This document shows positions 1-12,484 of a stretch of 44,862 nucleotides of DNA, piece by piece. The stretch's first letter is position 1, and every line of letters begins with the position of its first letter. Source of the DNA: Acidobacteriota bacterium (GTDB taxonomy: Bacteria > Acidobacteriota > Vicinamibacteria > Vicinamibacterales > UBA8438); the NCBI GenBank assembly GCA_026706755.1, contig JAPOYG010000102.1, forward strand, positions 1 to 44,862, given 5' to 3'. The notes below the pieces were generated by a model. The model ran no database searches. It saw only the letters and a list, made by a program, of their open reading frames with translations, and was not told where the DNA came from. The position numbers were made by a program, and so were the translations under genes.

Positions 1-1
1 G

Positions 2-1081
2 CTGACCGACGTCGAGACGCGGTATCGGCAGCGCTACCTCGATCTCATCGTCAACGACGACTCGCGCCGCGTCTTCGAGACCCGCGCCCGCGTGGTGGCC
101 CGGCTGCGGGCCTTCCTCGACGCCCGCGGCTACCTCGAGGTCGAGACCCCGATGATGCAGCCGGTGGCCGGGGGAGCGCTGGCGCGGCCGTTCGTCACGC
201 ACCACAACGCGCTCGACCTGCCGCTCTACCTGCGCGTGGCGCCGGAGCTGTACCTGAAGCGCCTGGTCGTGGGGGGACTGGAGCGCGTCTACGAGATCAA
301 CCGCAACTTCCGGAACGAGGGGATCTCGACGCGCCACAACCCCGAGTTCACGATGCTGGAGTTCTACGAGGCCTACAGCCATGCCGAGGCCTTGATGACC
401 CTGACGGAGGAGATGCTGTCGTCGGTCGCGCGGGAGGTTCTGGACGGCGAGGAGAGCGGTCCGTTCGGCGGCGAGCGCATCTCGTACGCGCGCCCGTTCC
501 GGCGGCTGCGGCTGCGGGACGCCGTGCGCGAGGCAGCCTCCGAGCGTCTGCGCAGGGAAGTGGCGGAGGGCGAGTTGCGGCGGCGCGACTCCGCCGCGGA
601 ACTGGCGGAGGGCCTCGGGGTCGCCGTTCCGCCCCACGCGGGGGCGGGCCGCATCGCGGCCGCGCTGTTCGAGGAGCTCTGCGAGGACGCGCTCGTGCAG
701 CCGACGTTCGTCCACGACTTCCCGACCGAGGTCTCGCCGCTCTCGAAGCAACGGCCGGACGATCCCGACACCGTGGAGCGGTTCGAGCTCTACGTCGCGC
801 GCATGGAGATCGCCAACGGCTTCACCGAGCTGAACGATCCGGCCGAGCAGCGGCGCCGCTTCGAGGCGCAGCTCGCGGCGCGGGCCGGGGGAGACGGGGA
901 GTCGCACGCGATGGACGAGGACTATCTGCGCGCCCTCGCCTACGGCCTGCCGCCGACCGGGGGCGAGGGCATCGGGATCGACCGGCTGGTGATGCTGCTC
1001 GCGAACCGTCCCTCGATTCGGGACGTGATCCTGTTCCCGTTGCTGCGGCCGGCGCGGACCGGGCCGCGCCAGGGGGAATGA
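2..1081 (+). CDS. lysS: Lysine--tRNA ligase (class II), 5'-truncated by window edge
   Basis: Frame is open from nt 2 (LTDVETRYRQRYLDLIVN). Motifs YLRVAPELYLKRL, FRNEGISTRHNPEF and GLPPTGGEGIGIDRL are present. Confidence 0.97.
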   Translation: MTDVETRYRQRYLDLIVNDDSRRVFETRARVVARLRAFLDARGYLEVETPMMQPVAGGALARPFVTHHNALDLPLYLRVAPELYLKRLVVGGLERVYEINRNFRNEGISTRHNPEFTMLEFYEAYSHAEALMTLTEEMLSSVAREVLDGEESGPFGGERISYARPFRRLRLRDAVREAASERLRREVAEGELRRRDSAAELAEGLGVAVPPHAGAGRIAAALFEELCEDALVQPTFVHDFPTEVSPLSKQRPDDPDTVERFELYVARMEIANGFTELNDPAEQRRRFEAQLAARAGGDGESHAMDEDYLRALAYGLPPTGGEGIGIDRLVMLLANRPSIRDVILFPLLRPARTGPRQGE

Positions 1082-2325
1082 CGATGCGCCGGCCTCCCTT
1101 CGAGCTGTACCTGGCGTTGCGCTACCTGACCGCCCGCCGCAAGCAGGCATCCATCGCGAGCACGTCGCTCATCTCGATCCTGGGCGTTCTGGTCGGGGTC
1201 ATGGCGCTCGTCATCGCCCTCGCCCTGATGACCGGACTGGCGCAGGAGATGCGCGACCGCATCGTCGGCGCCTCCGCGCACGTCTACGTCTGGAAGGCGG
1301 GCGGCTTCGACGACTACCGGGAGGAGGCGAAGGAGCTCGTGCGGGTGCCGGGGGTGGTCGCGGCGGCCCCGGCCCTGCCGGGCGAGGCGCTGGCGTTCAC
1401 CCGCCAGGCGCAGGCATTCGTCCGGATCAAGGGCATCGATCCGGACCTCGAGGCGGAGGCTACCGAGCTCGCGACCTCGCTGACCCACGGCCGGCTGCCC
1501 GACCTGGCCGTTCCGCTGCCGCCGGAGCGGCGGGCCGTCGGCGGCGTCGTCATCGGCGACCGCCTCGCGCAGAAGCTGGGCGCCTTCGTCGGGGACGAGC
1601 TCAGCGTCCTGACGACGGCCGGCACGCCCACTCCCCTGGGGGTCTGGCCGCGCCCGCGCCGGCTGGTGGTGGCCGGGATCTTCAGCCTGGGGCTCCTGGA
1701 GTACGACGAGGCCTTCGCCTTCGTCACGCTGGACACCGCCCGGCGGCTCTTCAACGCGGAAGGCGTGGGAATGATGGAGCTGCGGGTCGACGATCCGATG
1801 GCGTCGCGGGCGGTGGCGGAGGGGATACCCGAACGGCTGGGGCCGAACTACGTGACCGACGACTGGTCGCGGCTGAACGCACCCCTCTTCGGGGCCATGT
1901 GGCTGGAGAAGATGGGCATCTCGATCGCCGTCGGCCTCATCGTCGTCGTCGCGGCCCTGCACATCATCGCCTCGCTCGTCATGCTGGTGATGGAGCGGAG
2001 CCGGGACATCGCGATCCTCAAGACGATGGGCGCGTCGTCGCGCGTCATACGGCGCGTCTTCATGCTGCAGGGCCTGATCATCGGCGCCGTCGGCACGCTC
2101 GGAGGCGCCGCCGCCGGCTATCTCGTGTCGACGGTGATGGACCGCTACCGGCTCCTGCAGCTTCCGATGGAGATCTACCAGGTGTCGTACGTGCCGTTCA
2201 CCGTCCGTGCGGTCGACATCACGGTGGTGGTCGTCGTGGCTCTCGTCGTCTGCTTCGTCGCCACGGTGTACCCGTCGCGCCAGGCTTCGAGGCTGGATCC
2301 GGCGGAGGCGCTGCGCTACCAGTAG
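1078..2325 (+). CDS. lolC: Lipoprotein-releasing ABC transporter permease (LolC/E, LolF-like single subunit)
   Basis: N-terminal ALRYL..RR, four TM segments, DIAILKTMGAS, C-terminal YPSRQASRLDPAEALRY. ATGA overlap with lysS and adjacent to lolD. Confidence 0.9.
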   Translation: MTMRRPPFELYLALRYLTARRKQASIASTSLISILGVLVGVMALVIALALMTGLAQEMRDRIVGASAHVYVWKAGGFDDYREEAKELVRVPGVVAAAPALPGEALAFTRQAQAFVRIKGIDPDLEAEATELATSLTHGRLPDLAVPLPPERRAVGGVVIGDRLAQKLGAFVGDELSVLTTAGTPTPLGVWPRPRRLVVAGIFSLGLLEYDEAFAFVTLDTARRLFNAEGVGMMELRVDDPMASRAVAEGIPERLGPNYVTDDWSRLNAPLFGAMWLEKMGISIAVGLIVVVAALHIIASLVMLVMERSRDIAILKTMGASSRVIRRVFMLQGLIIGAVGTLGGAAAGYLVSTVMDRYRLLQLPMEIYQVSYVPFTVRAVDITVVVVVALVVCFVATVYPSRQASRLDPAEALRYQ

Positions 2326-2364
2326 CTCCGGCCCGCGCGGGAGGCCCGCCGAGGCGCGCGCCGC

Positions 2365-3039
2365 ATGGCCTACCTTGAGATAACGAGCCTTTCGAAGGCA
2401 TACCGCGGGAGCGGCCGGATGCTGCCGGTGCTCCGCGGGATCGAGCTGACCGTGGAGTCGGGACAGATGGTCGCCGTCGTCGGCGCCTCCGGCGTCGGCA
2501 AGAGCACGCTGCTCCACGTCCTCGGCGGTCTGGATCGCGCGGACGGCGGCACGGTGCGCGTCGGGGAGACCGAGGTGACCGGGCTGGACGATGCGGCGCT
2601 CGTGGCGTTCCGCAGCCGGAATATCGGCTTCGTCTTCCAGTTCCATCACCTGCTGCCGGAGTTCAGCGCGCTCGAGAACGCCGAGATGCCGCTGCGCATC
2701 GCGCGCCGGCCGGCCGCCGAGGCGCGGGAGCGGGCGGCGTCGCTGCTCTCGCAGGTCGGCTTGGGAGACCGGTTCGACCATCGACCCGGCATGCTCTCGG
2801 GGGGCGAGCAGCAGCGGGTGGCCGTGGCCCGCGCGCTCGTGATGCGTCCCGGGCTGCTGCTGGCCGACGAGCCGACCGGCAACGTCGACGAGACGACGGG
2901 CGAGGCCCTTCAGGGCCTGCTGCGGGAGATGCACGCCCGGCACGGCCTGACCTCGGTGATCGCGACCCACAACCCGCGGCTCGCGGGGGCCTGCGACCGC
3001 GTGCTCCACCTCGAGAACGGCCGCCTGCGCGAAGGGTGA
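2365..3039 (+). CDS. lolD: Lipoprotein-releasing ABC transporter ATP-binding protein
   Basis: Walker [10 protein letters not shown], LolD motif [18 protein letters not shown], signature LSGGEQQR, Walker [11 protein letters not shown]. Confidence 0.92.
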   Translation: MAYLEITSLSKAYRGSGRMLPVLRGIELTVESGQMVAVVGASGVGKSTLLHVLGGLDRADGGTVRVGETEVTGLDDAALVAFRSRNIGFVFQFHHLLPEFSALENAEMPLRIARRPAAEARERAASLLSQVGLGDRFDHRPGMLSGGEQQRVAVARALVMRPGLLLADEPTGNVDETTGEALQGLLREMHARHGLTSVIATHNPRLAGACDRVLHLENGRLREG

Positions 3040-3102
3040 GCGACGACCCCCGGTCGTGGCCGGAGGCGGCGCGGGGCCGGTGGCGCCGGCATCCCGATGC
3101 CT

Positions 3103-3108
3103 TATAAT
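3103..3108 (+). promoter_or_regulatory. Putative sigma70 -10 element for clpC
   Basis: Perfect TATAAT in GC-rich intergenic DNA, 50 nt before the clpC ATG. No convincing -35. Confidence 0.55.
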
Positions 3109-3157
3109 CCTGGAGGGCCGTCGCGTTCTGTCGCGGGGGATGGACCGGTAGGGGCGC

Positions 3158-5593
<2,436 letters not shown>

Positions 5594-5849
5594 CGGGATC
5601 CGGGCGCGAGTACCGGCCGAAACCGGGAGTTCGCGCCGTAGCACGGCGCGGACTCCCGCAGGCCGGCTGGGCGGGAAGCGGAGCCGCAGGCGACGGTTGC
5701 CGGGCTAGATCGGCGCGTCCAAGATCTCGTACACTCGCGATCTGCGGGCTCCGAGCGGCCCCGCGAGCGGTCCGTGGTCCACACGGGCGGCGCGCGGCCC
5801 GCGAGCCGGGTGACTCGCGAGATCCTCGCGACTTTTACGGGGACTGACG

Positions 5850-8525
5850 ATGCAAGCAGCCAGATACACGGTTGGTCGCGTGATCGCGGCGACGGTCGCC
5901 GCGGCGCTCCTGCCGGTGTGGGCGGCAGCCGAGCCGGGGCAGCAGCGCCCGCAGCCGCCGTCCATCTTCGGCGCTCCGCAGCGGCCGGCGGAGCCCCGGC
6001 CTATCCTGCCGCCGCAGGGTTCGCCGCCGCTCCTGCGGAACCTGGAGTTGCGGTTTCCGGCCCAGGGCAACGTGGCCAGCGTCGAGTACGACACCTACCT
6101 CTACTACATGGAGCTGCCGGGCCACGTGAGCCTTCCCTCGCAGGGCCGCTGGACGCCGTACACCGAGGAGATCGAGCGCGTGGTGCTCGACGACTTCACC
6201 CGTCTCTGGGACACCGGGTTCCTTGACGACCTCTGGATTGAGGTCGTGGACGAACCCTGGCCCAACGGCGTGATCGGCAAGCGCGTGATCTTCAACATGG
6301 AGGAGCGGCAGCGGGTCAAGATCGTCAGCTACGAGGGCTCCGAGGAGCTCAAGCAGGAGGACATCGACCTCAACCTCGAGGACAACGGCGTCGTCCTGCG
6401 GATGGATTCCTTCCTCGACCCCGCCGTCATCCAGCGGGTCAAGGGCGTTCTGCAGGTGATGTTCCGGGCCAAGGGCTTCCTCTTCTCCGAGGTGAGCCAC
6501 TCGATCGAGGAGCTCCCGGGCGGCCCGAAGCTGGTGCGGCTCACGTTCCACCTGGACGAGGGCCCGAAGGTCATGATCCGGAACATCGACTTCGTCGGCA
6601 ACCGGGCGCTCAGCGACGGCGACCTCAAGGGGCAGATGAGCAAGGTCCGCGAGTCGTGGTGGCTGTCCTGGATGACGGGGCGCGGGACGTACAAGGAAGG
6701 CGAGTTCGAGGAGGATGCCGAGGCGATCGTCGCCCACTACCGCAACCGCGGCTACATCCGGGCAACGGTGGGGCAGCCGAACATCGAGTACCTGGAGCTG
6801 TCGGAGGACGGCGAGACGCGGAGCATCAACCTGCGCATCCCCGTCGACGAGGGCGAGCGCTACCGGCTGGGAGAGCTCGACTTCGCGGGGAACGAGATTC
6901 TCCTCGAAGAGGGGCTGCGGCGCATCTTCCAGGACATCGAGCCCGGCAACTACTACAGCGAGGGGGACATCCGGGAGGGCTTCGAGGACGCGCGAGAGCT
7001 GTACGGGTCGCTCGGGTACTACGAGATGACGCTCGTGCCGGAGCTCGCCCCGCGGGACGAGCCGCTCCCCGACGCCGCAAGCGCGAACGGGAACGGCAAC
7101 GGCAACGGCAACGGAGAGCACGAGGGCGAGGAAGCGGAGGAGCGGCCGACGCACATGGAAGGCGCTCCCGTGGTCGACGTCACGATTCGCGTGCAGGAAG
7201 GCGAGCAGTACTTCGTCAACCGGATCGAGTTCGCGGGCAACAAGACGACGCACGACGAGGTCATCCGTCGGGAGCTGCAGCTTGCGGAGAACGCGGTGTT
7301 CAACACCGAGGCCCTCAAGTACAGCGTGCGGCGCCTGAACCAGCTCGGCTTCTTCGAGCCGCTCGAGGAGGCGGGCGTCGGCATCGAGAAGACCGACTCG
7401 GAGGAGAACGAAGTCGACATCACGTTCAACCTCTCGGAGACGAACCTGAACCAGCTCACCTTCGGTGCCGGCGTCTCCGAGTTCGACGGATTCTTCGGCC
7501 AGGTGTCGTTCCAGACCACCAACTTCATGGGCCGCGGGGAGTCGCTCCAGGTATCGATGCTGAGCGGCTCGCGCGCCCGGAACTACCAGCTCTCCTTCAC
7601 GGAGCCGTTCATCTTCGGACGTCCCATCTCCCTCGGCAGCACGGTGTACTCGCGGCGCATCGAGTGGATCGGGAGCTTCACGGAGGACAGCCGCGGCGCG
7701 ACCGTGACCTTCGGCGTGCCGCTGGCGCTGTTCACGCGCATGTATGTCGGCTACAGCCTCGAGTCGTCCGAGGTCACCGACATCAGTTCGTACCTGACCG
7801 ACCGGCCGGAGCTGCTGGCGTTCAATCCGTTCTTCGCGGACGCGTTGCTGCAGAGCCACGGCGGACGCCGCATCATCAGCAAGGTCACCCCTTCGCTGGT
7901 GCTGAACACCGTCGACCATCCAATCTTTCCGACGAACGGCCACAGCCTGAGCGCATCGCTGGAGCTCGCGGGCCTCGGCGGTAACACGCAGTTCTGGAAG
8001 CCGACGCTGGAGGGCACCTGGTACGTCCGGCACACGTCGAAGACGATCATCGGCCTCCGCGGCCAGTACAGCTACATGGGAGCCGGCAATCCGAATCAGA
8101 TCCCGATCTTCGAGCGACTGTGGCTGGGTGGCGAGTACTCGGTGCGCGGGTTCGACATCCGGCGCATCGGGCCGCTGTTCTCGGACGTCGACCCGGACGT
8201 GAACGCGAACTCGTACGCCGGCCGGATGATCATCGGCGGCAACAAGAGCCTGCTGTTCAATGCGGAGTACCAGTTCCTGATCGGCGGCCCGGTGCGGCTC
8301 GTCTGGTTCTACGACGCCGGGCAGGTCCAGGACTTCGGCTCGCGATTCGCGATGCAGGACTTCAAGACTTCCACCGGCGTCGAGCTGCGATTCTTCATGC
8401 CGATGCTGAACGTGCCGTTCCGGTTGATCTACTACTGGAATCCGCAGAACGACGGGGTCTACAACGACCGGCTCTACGAGCAGGAGAGGAGCGGGTTCCG
8501 CTTCTCGATCGGCACGACGTTCTAG
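5850..8525 (+). CDS. bamA: Outer membrane protein assembly factor BamA
   Basis: Signal peptide, POTRA repeats (GNKTTHDEVIRREL, RLNQLGFF), VRGF motif, C-terminal FRFSIGTTF. Confidence 0.95.
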   Translation: MQAARYTVGRVIAATVAAALLPVWAAAEPGQQRPQPPSIFGAPQRPAEPRPILPPQGSPPLLRNLELRFPAQGNVASVEYDTYLYYMELPGHVSLPSQGRWTPYTEEIERVVLDDFTRLWDTGFLDDLWIEVVDEPWPNGVIGKRVIFNMEERQRVKIVSYEGSEELKQEDIDLNLEDNGVVLRMDSFLDPAVIQRVKGVLQVMFRAKGFLFSEVSHSIEELPGGPKLVRLTFHLDEGPKVMIRNIDFVGNRALSDGDLKGQMSKVRESWWLSWMTGRGTYKEGEFEEDAEAIVAHYRNRGYIRATVGQPNIEYLELSEDGETRSINLRIPVDEGERYRLGELDFAGNEILLEEGLRRIFQDIEPGNYYSEGDIREGFEDARELYGSLGYYEMTLVPELAPRDEPLPDAASANGNGNGNGNGEHEGEEAEERPTHMEGAPVVDVTIRVQEGEQYFVNRIEFAGNKTTHDEVIRRELQLAENAVFNTEALKYSVRRLNQLGFFEPLEEAGVGIEKTDSEENEVDITFNLSETNLNQLTFGAGVSEFDGFFGQVSFQTTNFMGRGESLQVSMLSGSRARNYQLSFTEPFIFGRPISLGSTVYSRRIEWIGSFTEDSRGATVTFGVPLALFTRMYVGYSLESSEVTDISSYLTDRPELLAFNPFFADALLQSHGGRRIISKVTPSLVLNTVDHPIFPTNGHSLSASLELAGLGGNTQFWKPTLEGTWYVRHTSKTIIGLRGQYSYMGAGNPNQIPIFERLWLGGEYSVRGFDIRRIGPLFSDVDPDVNANSYAGRMIIGGNKSLLFNAEYQFLIGGPVRLVWFYDAGQVQDFGSRFAMQDFKTSTGVELRFFMPMLNVPFRLIYYWNPQNDGVYNDRLYEQERSGFRFSIGTTF
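7086..7115 (+). repeat. (AACGGN)5 hexanucleotide repeat encoding NGNGNGNGNG in BamA
   Basis: aacgggaacggcaacggcaacggcaacgga read directly from the sequence. Confidence 0.85.
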
Positions 8526-8599
8526 AGTGGTTCGCGGCCGCAGCGCGACGGCGCGAAACTTATGAGCAGGACAACCGATCAGCCCGAGGTGATGCATCG

Positions 8600-9193
8600 A
8601 TGAGATTCGCGATCCGTGCCGCAACGGCGGTGAGTTTCGTCCTCGCGGCCGCCGGCGCCGCGACCGCGCAGGCGCCGCCGTTCCCTCCCGGTACCAAGTA
8701 CGGCTACATCAACCTGCAGCGGGTGCTCGCGGAGTCGAACGTGGGACGGACCGCGAGCACCAGGGTGCAGGAGTTGACGGATACGAAGCTCGCCGAGCTC
8801 CAGTCCCGACAGACGACCCTCCAGGGGCAGCTGACCAGCAGCGAGCAGCAGCTCGTCGAGTTGCAACAGAGGCTCGAGCAGGGACAGAACGTCATGAGTG
8901 CCCAGGCGCGGCTCAGCCTGCAGCGTGAGATCTCCCGGCTGCAACTCGAGTTCCAGCGCCAGACGCAGGACGCGCAGGCCGAGATGGAGCGTGTATCGCA
9001 GGACGCCGACGCCGAGGTGGCGGAGCTGCGGCAGGAGCTCCAGCTCGAGTTCGAGCAGCAACTGGCGCCGGCGCTCGATCAGGTCGCGACCGAGCGCCAG
9101 GTCGATCTGATCTTCAACGTCGAAGGTCTCATCTGGGGTCTGCCGGCCCTCGACCTGACGCAGGCGGTCGTCGATCGCCTCAACGGGCGCTGA
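8600..9193 (+). CDS. skp: Periplasmic chaperone Skp/OmpH
   Basis: ATG at 8600 after GAGGTG. Signal peptide, KYGYINLQRVLAES, coiled-coil arms, C-terminal DLTQAVVDRLN. Lies directly after bamA. Confidence 0.88.
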   Translation: MRFAIRAATAVSFVLAAAGAATAQAPPFPPGTKYGYINLQRVLAESNVGRTASTRVQELTDTKLAELQSRQTTLQGQLTSSEQQLVELQQRLEQGQNVMSAQARLSLQREISRLQLEFQRQTQDAQAEMERVSQDADAEVAELRQELQLEFEQQLAPALDQVATERQVDLIFNVEGLIWGLPALDLTQAVVDRLNGR

Positions 9194-9262
9194 GAGTCCG
9201 CGCCGCAGGACGGCGCAAACGGCGGGCCCGGAGTCCGCGGCCTGCGGCGCGGGTTTCCCCGG

Positions 9263-9291
9263 TGGACGGTGGGGGCCGGAGTGTGTACACT
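9263..9291 (+). promoter_or_regulatory. Putative sigma70 promoter for the fabZ-lpxA operon
   Basis: TGGACG-17 nt-TACACT. It argues that the true start lies downstream (GTG 9328), not at 9262. Confidence 0.5.
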
Positions 9292-9327
9292 CTGCCTGCC
9301 TCGCGCGTTGCCCGGGTCAGCCGTCCA

Positions 9328-10596
9328 GTGCCGCTCGACATCCCGGTCCTCCTCGACCGCCTCTGCTACCGCTACCCGTCGCTCCTGGTCGACAGCGTGG
9401 TCGAGCATCTGCCCGGCCGCCGGATCGTGGCCGTCAAGAACGTGACGGTCAACGAAGACTACTTCCAGGGGCACTTCCCCGGCACGCCCCTGATGCCGGG
9501 CGTGATGATGATCGAGACGCTGGTGCAGGTGGCGGCCCTGCTGCTGCTCGACGAAGGGGAGGCGCCGACCCGCCGCGCCGTCCTCCGCGGCGTGAACGAC
9601 GCGAAGTTCCGCCGGCAGGTGGTGCCCGGGGACCGGCTGCGGCTGGCCGTGACGCACGAAGGCGGAAAGCCGGGGTTGGCGGTGGCGCGCGGCGTGGCCA
9701 CGGTTGCCGACCGGACGGTCGCGGAGGCGGAGCTGCTCCTGGGAATCGAGTACGACGAGCCCGACGTTCATCCGACCGCGATCGTCCACCCGGGCGCGGC
9801 CATCGGAGCGGGTACGGTCGTGGGTCCGTACGCCGTGATCGGCCCGGGGGTGCGCCTCGGGCGCGGCAACCGGGTGGGCGCCTCGGCCGTGATCGACGGC
9901 GACACCGAGATCGGGGACGGCTGTCACGTCCTCTCGTTCGCGTCGGTCGGCCAGATTCCGCAGGACCTGAAGTTCCGCGGCGAGGCGACGGGCCTCAGGA
10001 TCGGCCACCGGAACGTCTTCCGCGAGTTCGTCACCATCCATCGGGGCACGCGCGGGGGCGGAGGCGTGACGCGCATCGGCGACGACAACGTGTTCATGGC
10101 GTACGCGCACGTCGCCCACGACTGCGTCATCGGAAGCAAGACGCTGTTCGGCAACGGCGCGACGCTGGGAGGGCACGTCGTCGTCGAGGACGGCGCCACG
10201 ATCAGCGCGGGATCGGGTGTCCATCAGTTCTGCCACGTGGGCCGCCAGGCGTTCATCGGCGGCTACACCGTCGTCACGAAGGATGCGCTGCCCTACGCCC
10301 GCACCGTCGGGAACCGCGCCCGGGTCTACGGTCTGAACCGCATCGGCCTCGAACGCCGCGGCGTGCCCCCGGAGACCATCGCCAAGCTGAAGCGGGCGTT
10401 CCGGTACCTGCTGCAATCCAAGCTCAACACCAGCCAGGCGCTGGAGCAGATCGACGGCGACCCGGGGCTCGACTGCCCCGAGGTCGCCTACCTCGTCGAG
10501 TTCATCCGGGAGTCGAGGCAGGGCTCGCGGCGAGGCGTCACGTTGCGTCGGCCCCTCGGCCGGGCCGAGCCGGCGGAGAGCGAGAACCGCGTCTGA
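9328..10596 (+). CDS. lpxA: Fused 3-hydroxyacyl-ACP dehydratase (FabZ) / UDP-GlcNAc O-acyltransferase (LpxA)
   Basis: The N-terminal ~140 aa are FabZ-like ([45 protein letters not shown]). From ~9760 there are hexapeptide repeats and the LpxA motifs PQDLKF, HVAHDC and VHQFC. One continuous ORF. Confidence 0.93.
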   Translation: MPLDIPVLLDRLCYRYPSLLVDSVVEHLPGRRIVAVKNVTVNEDYFQGHFPGTPLMPGVMMIETLVQVAALLLLDEGEAPTRRAVLRGVNDAKFRRQVVPGDRLRLAVTHEGGKPGLAVARGVATVADRTVAEAELLLGIEYDEPDVHPTAIVHPGAAIGAGTVVGPYAVIGPGVRLGRGNRVGASAVIDGDTEIGDGCHVLSFASVGQIPQDLKFRGEATGLRIGHRNVFREFVTIHRGTRGGGGVTRIGDDNVFMAYAHVAHDCVIGSKTLFGNGATLGGHVVVEDGATISAGSGVHQFCHVGRQAFIGGYTVVTKDALPYARTVGNRARVYGLNRIGLERRGVPPETIAKLKRAFRYLLQSKLNTSQALEQIDGDPGLDCPEVAYLVEFIRESRQGSRRGVTLRRPLGRAEPAESENRV

Positions 10597-10624
10597 GCGT
10601 CTGATCCATGGCGCCGAGCAGGGC

Positions 10625-11458
10625 ATGCGCTTCGGCCTGATCGCCGGCAACGGCCGCTTCCCCTTTCTGGCCCTCGAGGCCATGAAGCGCCTCGGGCACG
10701 CGGTGACCGTGGTCGCGATTCGAGAGGAGACGTCCCCCGCGCTGGCCGCCGCGGCCGCCTCGGACCCTCCGGCGGCGCTCCACTGGGTTTCCCTCGGCGA
10801 GCTGGGGAGGTGCATCGCCACGCTCAGGGAGGCGGGCGTGACGCGGGCCCTGATGGCCGGGCAGGTCCAGCACCGGCGCCTCTTCACCGGCGTGATGCCC
10901 GACCGCGTCCTGCTGGGCGTCCTGCGGCGCCTGGCGACCCGCAACACCGACGCGCTCATTTCCGGGGTCGCCGACGTGCTCCGCGAGCACGGCATCGAGC
11001 TGGTCGACTCGACCGCCTTCCTGGAGCCGCTCCTGGCGCGGCCCGGATGCCTGACCGCGCGCGAGCCGACCGACGACGAGCGCGCCGATCTCGACTTCGG
11101 CTATCGCATGGCCGACGCGGTGGCCGCGCTGGACATCGGGCAGACCGTCGCGGTGAAGGAGCGGGCCGTGGTCGCGATCGAGGCAATGGAGGGTACCGAC
11201 GCCGTGATCGCCCGCGCGGGACGGCTCGCGGGCCCCGGCGTCTCCGTGATCAAGGTGGCGAAGCCGAACCAGGACATGCGCTTCGACGTCCCCGTCGTCG
11301 GCCTGCCGACCGTGGACGCACTCCGGAGCGCGGGGGCGCGGGTGCTGTCGATCGACGCCGGCCGAACCCTGGTGCTGGACGGGGAGCGCCTGCTCGAGGC
11401 GGCCGAGGAAGCCGGAATCACCGTCGTGGGTCGCGCCTTGCAGGACGCTGCCCGGTGA
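10625..11458 (+). CDS. lpxI: UDP-2,3-diacylglucosamine diphosphatase LpxI (DUF1009)
   Basis: [42 protein letters not shown]. Confidence 0.93.
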   Translation: MRFGLIAGNGRFPFLALEAMKRLGHAVTVVAIREETSPALAAAAASDPPAALHWVSLGELGRCIATLREAGVTRALMAGQVQHRRLFTGVMPDRVLLGVLRRLATRNTDALISGVADVLREHGIELVDSTAFLEPLLARPGCLTAREPTDDERADLDFGYRMADAVAALDIGQTVAVKERAVVAIEAMEGTDAVIARAGRLAGPGVSVIKVAKPNQDMRFDVPVVGLPTVDALRSAGARVLSIDAGRTLVLDGERLLEAAEEAGITVVGRALQDAAR

Positions 11459-12408
11459 CGAAGCCGTTCTGCGCCGCGGTGGTGGGGGTCGGCCACCTGG
11501 GACGGCATCACGCTCGGCTCCTGGCTCGTCTGCCGGGTGTCGAGCTGGCCGCCGTCGTCGACGTCGACGCGCGCCGCGCCGCCACCGTCGCGTCCGAGCT
11601 CGGTACCCGGGCCGCTTCCGGGATCGAGGAGCTGCCCGCCGACCTCGACGGGGTCGCGGTCGCCGTACCCACGGCGGCGCACGCCGAGGTCGCGCTGCCG
11701 CTGCTGCGGGCCGGCACGCCGGTCCTGGTGGAGAAGCCGATCGCGGCGTCGGTGGCGGAGGCGGACGCGCTGGTCGCGGCCGCGGCGAAGTCGGGCGCGA
11801 CGCTGGCCGTGGGCCACACCGAGCGCCACAACCCGGCCGTGACGACGGCCCGGGGGCTGGTGGCCGCCCCCCGTTTCATCGAGGGGCATCGCCTGGCCGG
11901 ATTCGCCCGTCGCAGCCTCGACATCGACGTGGTGTTCGATCTGATGATCCACGATCTCGACATCGTGCTTGCCATGGTCGGGTCGGAGCCGGCGTCCATC
12001 GAGGCGGTCGGCGTCCCCGTGCTCACCGAGCGCGTCGACATCGCCAACGCCCGCCTCCGGTTCGGGAACGGGTGCCTGGTGAACCTGACGGCCAGCCGCA
12101 TCAGCCGGGACCGCGTGCGCAAGCTCCGCGTCTTCGAGGCGCACTCCTATGTATCGCTGGACTACGGCGCCCAGAAGGTCGAGGCGTGGCGCGTGACAGA
12201 GGGCGGCGGGGGAGAGCGGGCCATCGAGGGGGGGAGCGTTCCCGTGACGCGTGCGGAGCCGCTCGAGCGGGAGCTGTCCGATTTCGTAGCTGCCTGCCGC
12301 GCAGGCTCGCGCCCGCGCGTGACGGGGGAGGATGGGCGCCGGGCACTGGTCGTCGCCCAGCGCGTCGCGGAGGAGATCGCCCGGGGGACGGAGGTCGGCC
12401 TGTCGTGA
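11455..12408 (+). CDS. Gfo/Idh/MocA oxidoreductase, GnnA (UDP-GlcNAc 3-dehydrogenase)-like
   Basis: GTG start overlaps the lpxI stop (GTGA). [37 protein letters not shown]. Lipid A gene context. Confidence 0.8.
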   Translation: MTKPFCAAVVGVGHLGRHHARLLARLPGVELAAVVDVDARRAATVASELGTRAASGIEELPADLDGVAVAVPTAAHAEVALPLLRAGTPVLVEKPIAASVAEADALVAAAAKSGATLAVGHTERHNPAVTTARGLVAAPRFIEGHRLAGFARRSLDIDVVFDLMIHDLDIVLAMVGSEPASIEAVGVPVLTERVDIANARLRFGNGCLVNLTASRISRDRVRKLRVFEAHSYVSLDYGAQKVEAWRVTEGGGGERAIEGGSVPVTRAEPLERELSDFVAACRAGSRPRVTGEDGRRALVVAQRVAEEIARGTEVGLS

Positions 12409-12484
12409 GCGCCCGACGCGAGCCCGCCGCGCGACGTCGCGGGCCGGGGGGCGGAGCCGGAGCGTGAGCTCGGCGGAGCGGGGA

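Noticed and set aside
5594-5849. tRNA or structured ncRNA in the larger intergenic gaps (also 18959-19099, 41949-42170, 44097-44265)
   Set aside because: No cloverleaf, TTCGA T-loop with CCA end, or recognisable riboswitch consensus by eye. A covariance-model search would be needed to exclude novel RNAs.
8556-8583. Possible sigmaE-type promoter before skp (AAACTT-17-TCAGC)
   Set aside because: Both elements match only weakly, which is too little to report as a feature.
10810-11454. N-terminal extensions in the ORF track suggesting larger or fused proteins (also 8120, 13210, 13737, 15074, 17855, 23575, 26720, 29288, 33521)
   Set aside because: The extensions overlap upstream genes in another frame. 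Real starts sit at stop-start overlaps or SD sites where homology begins.
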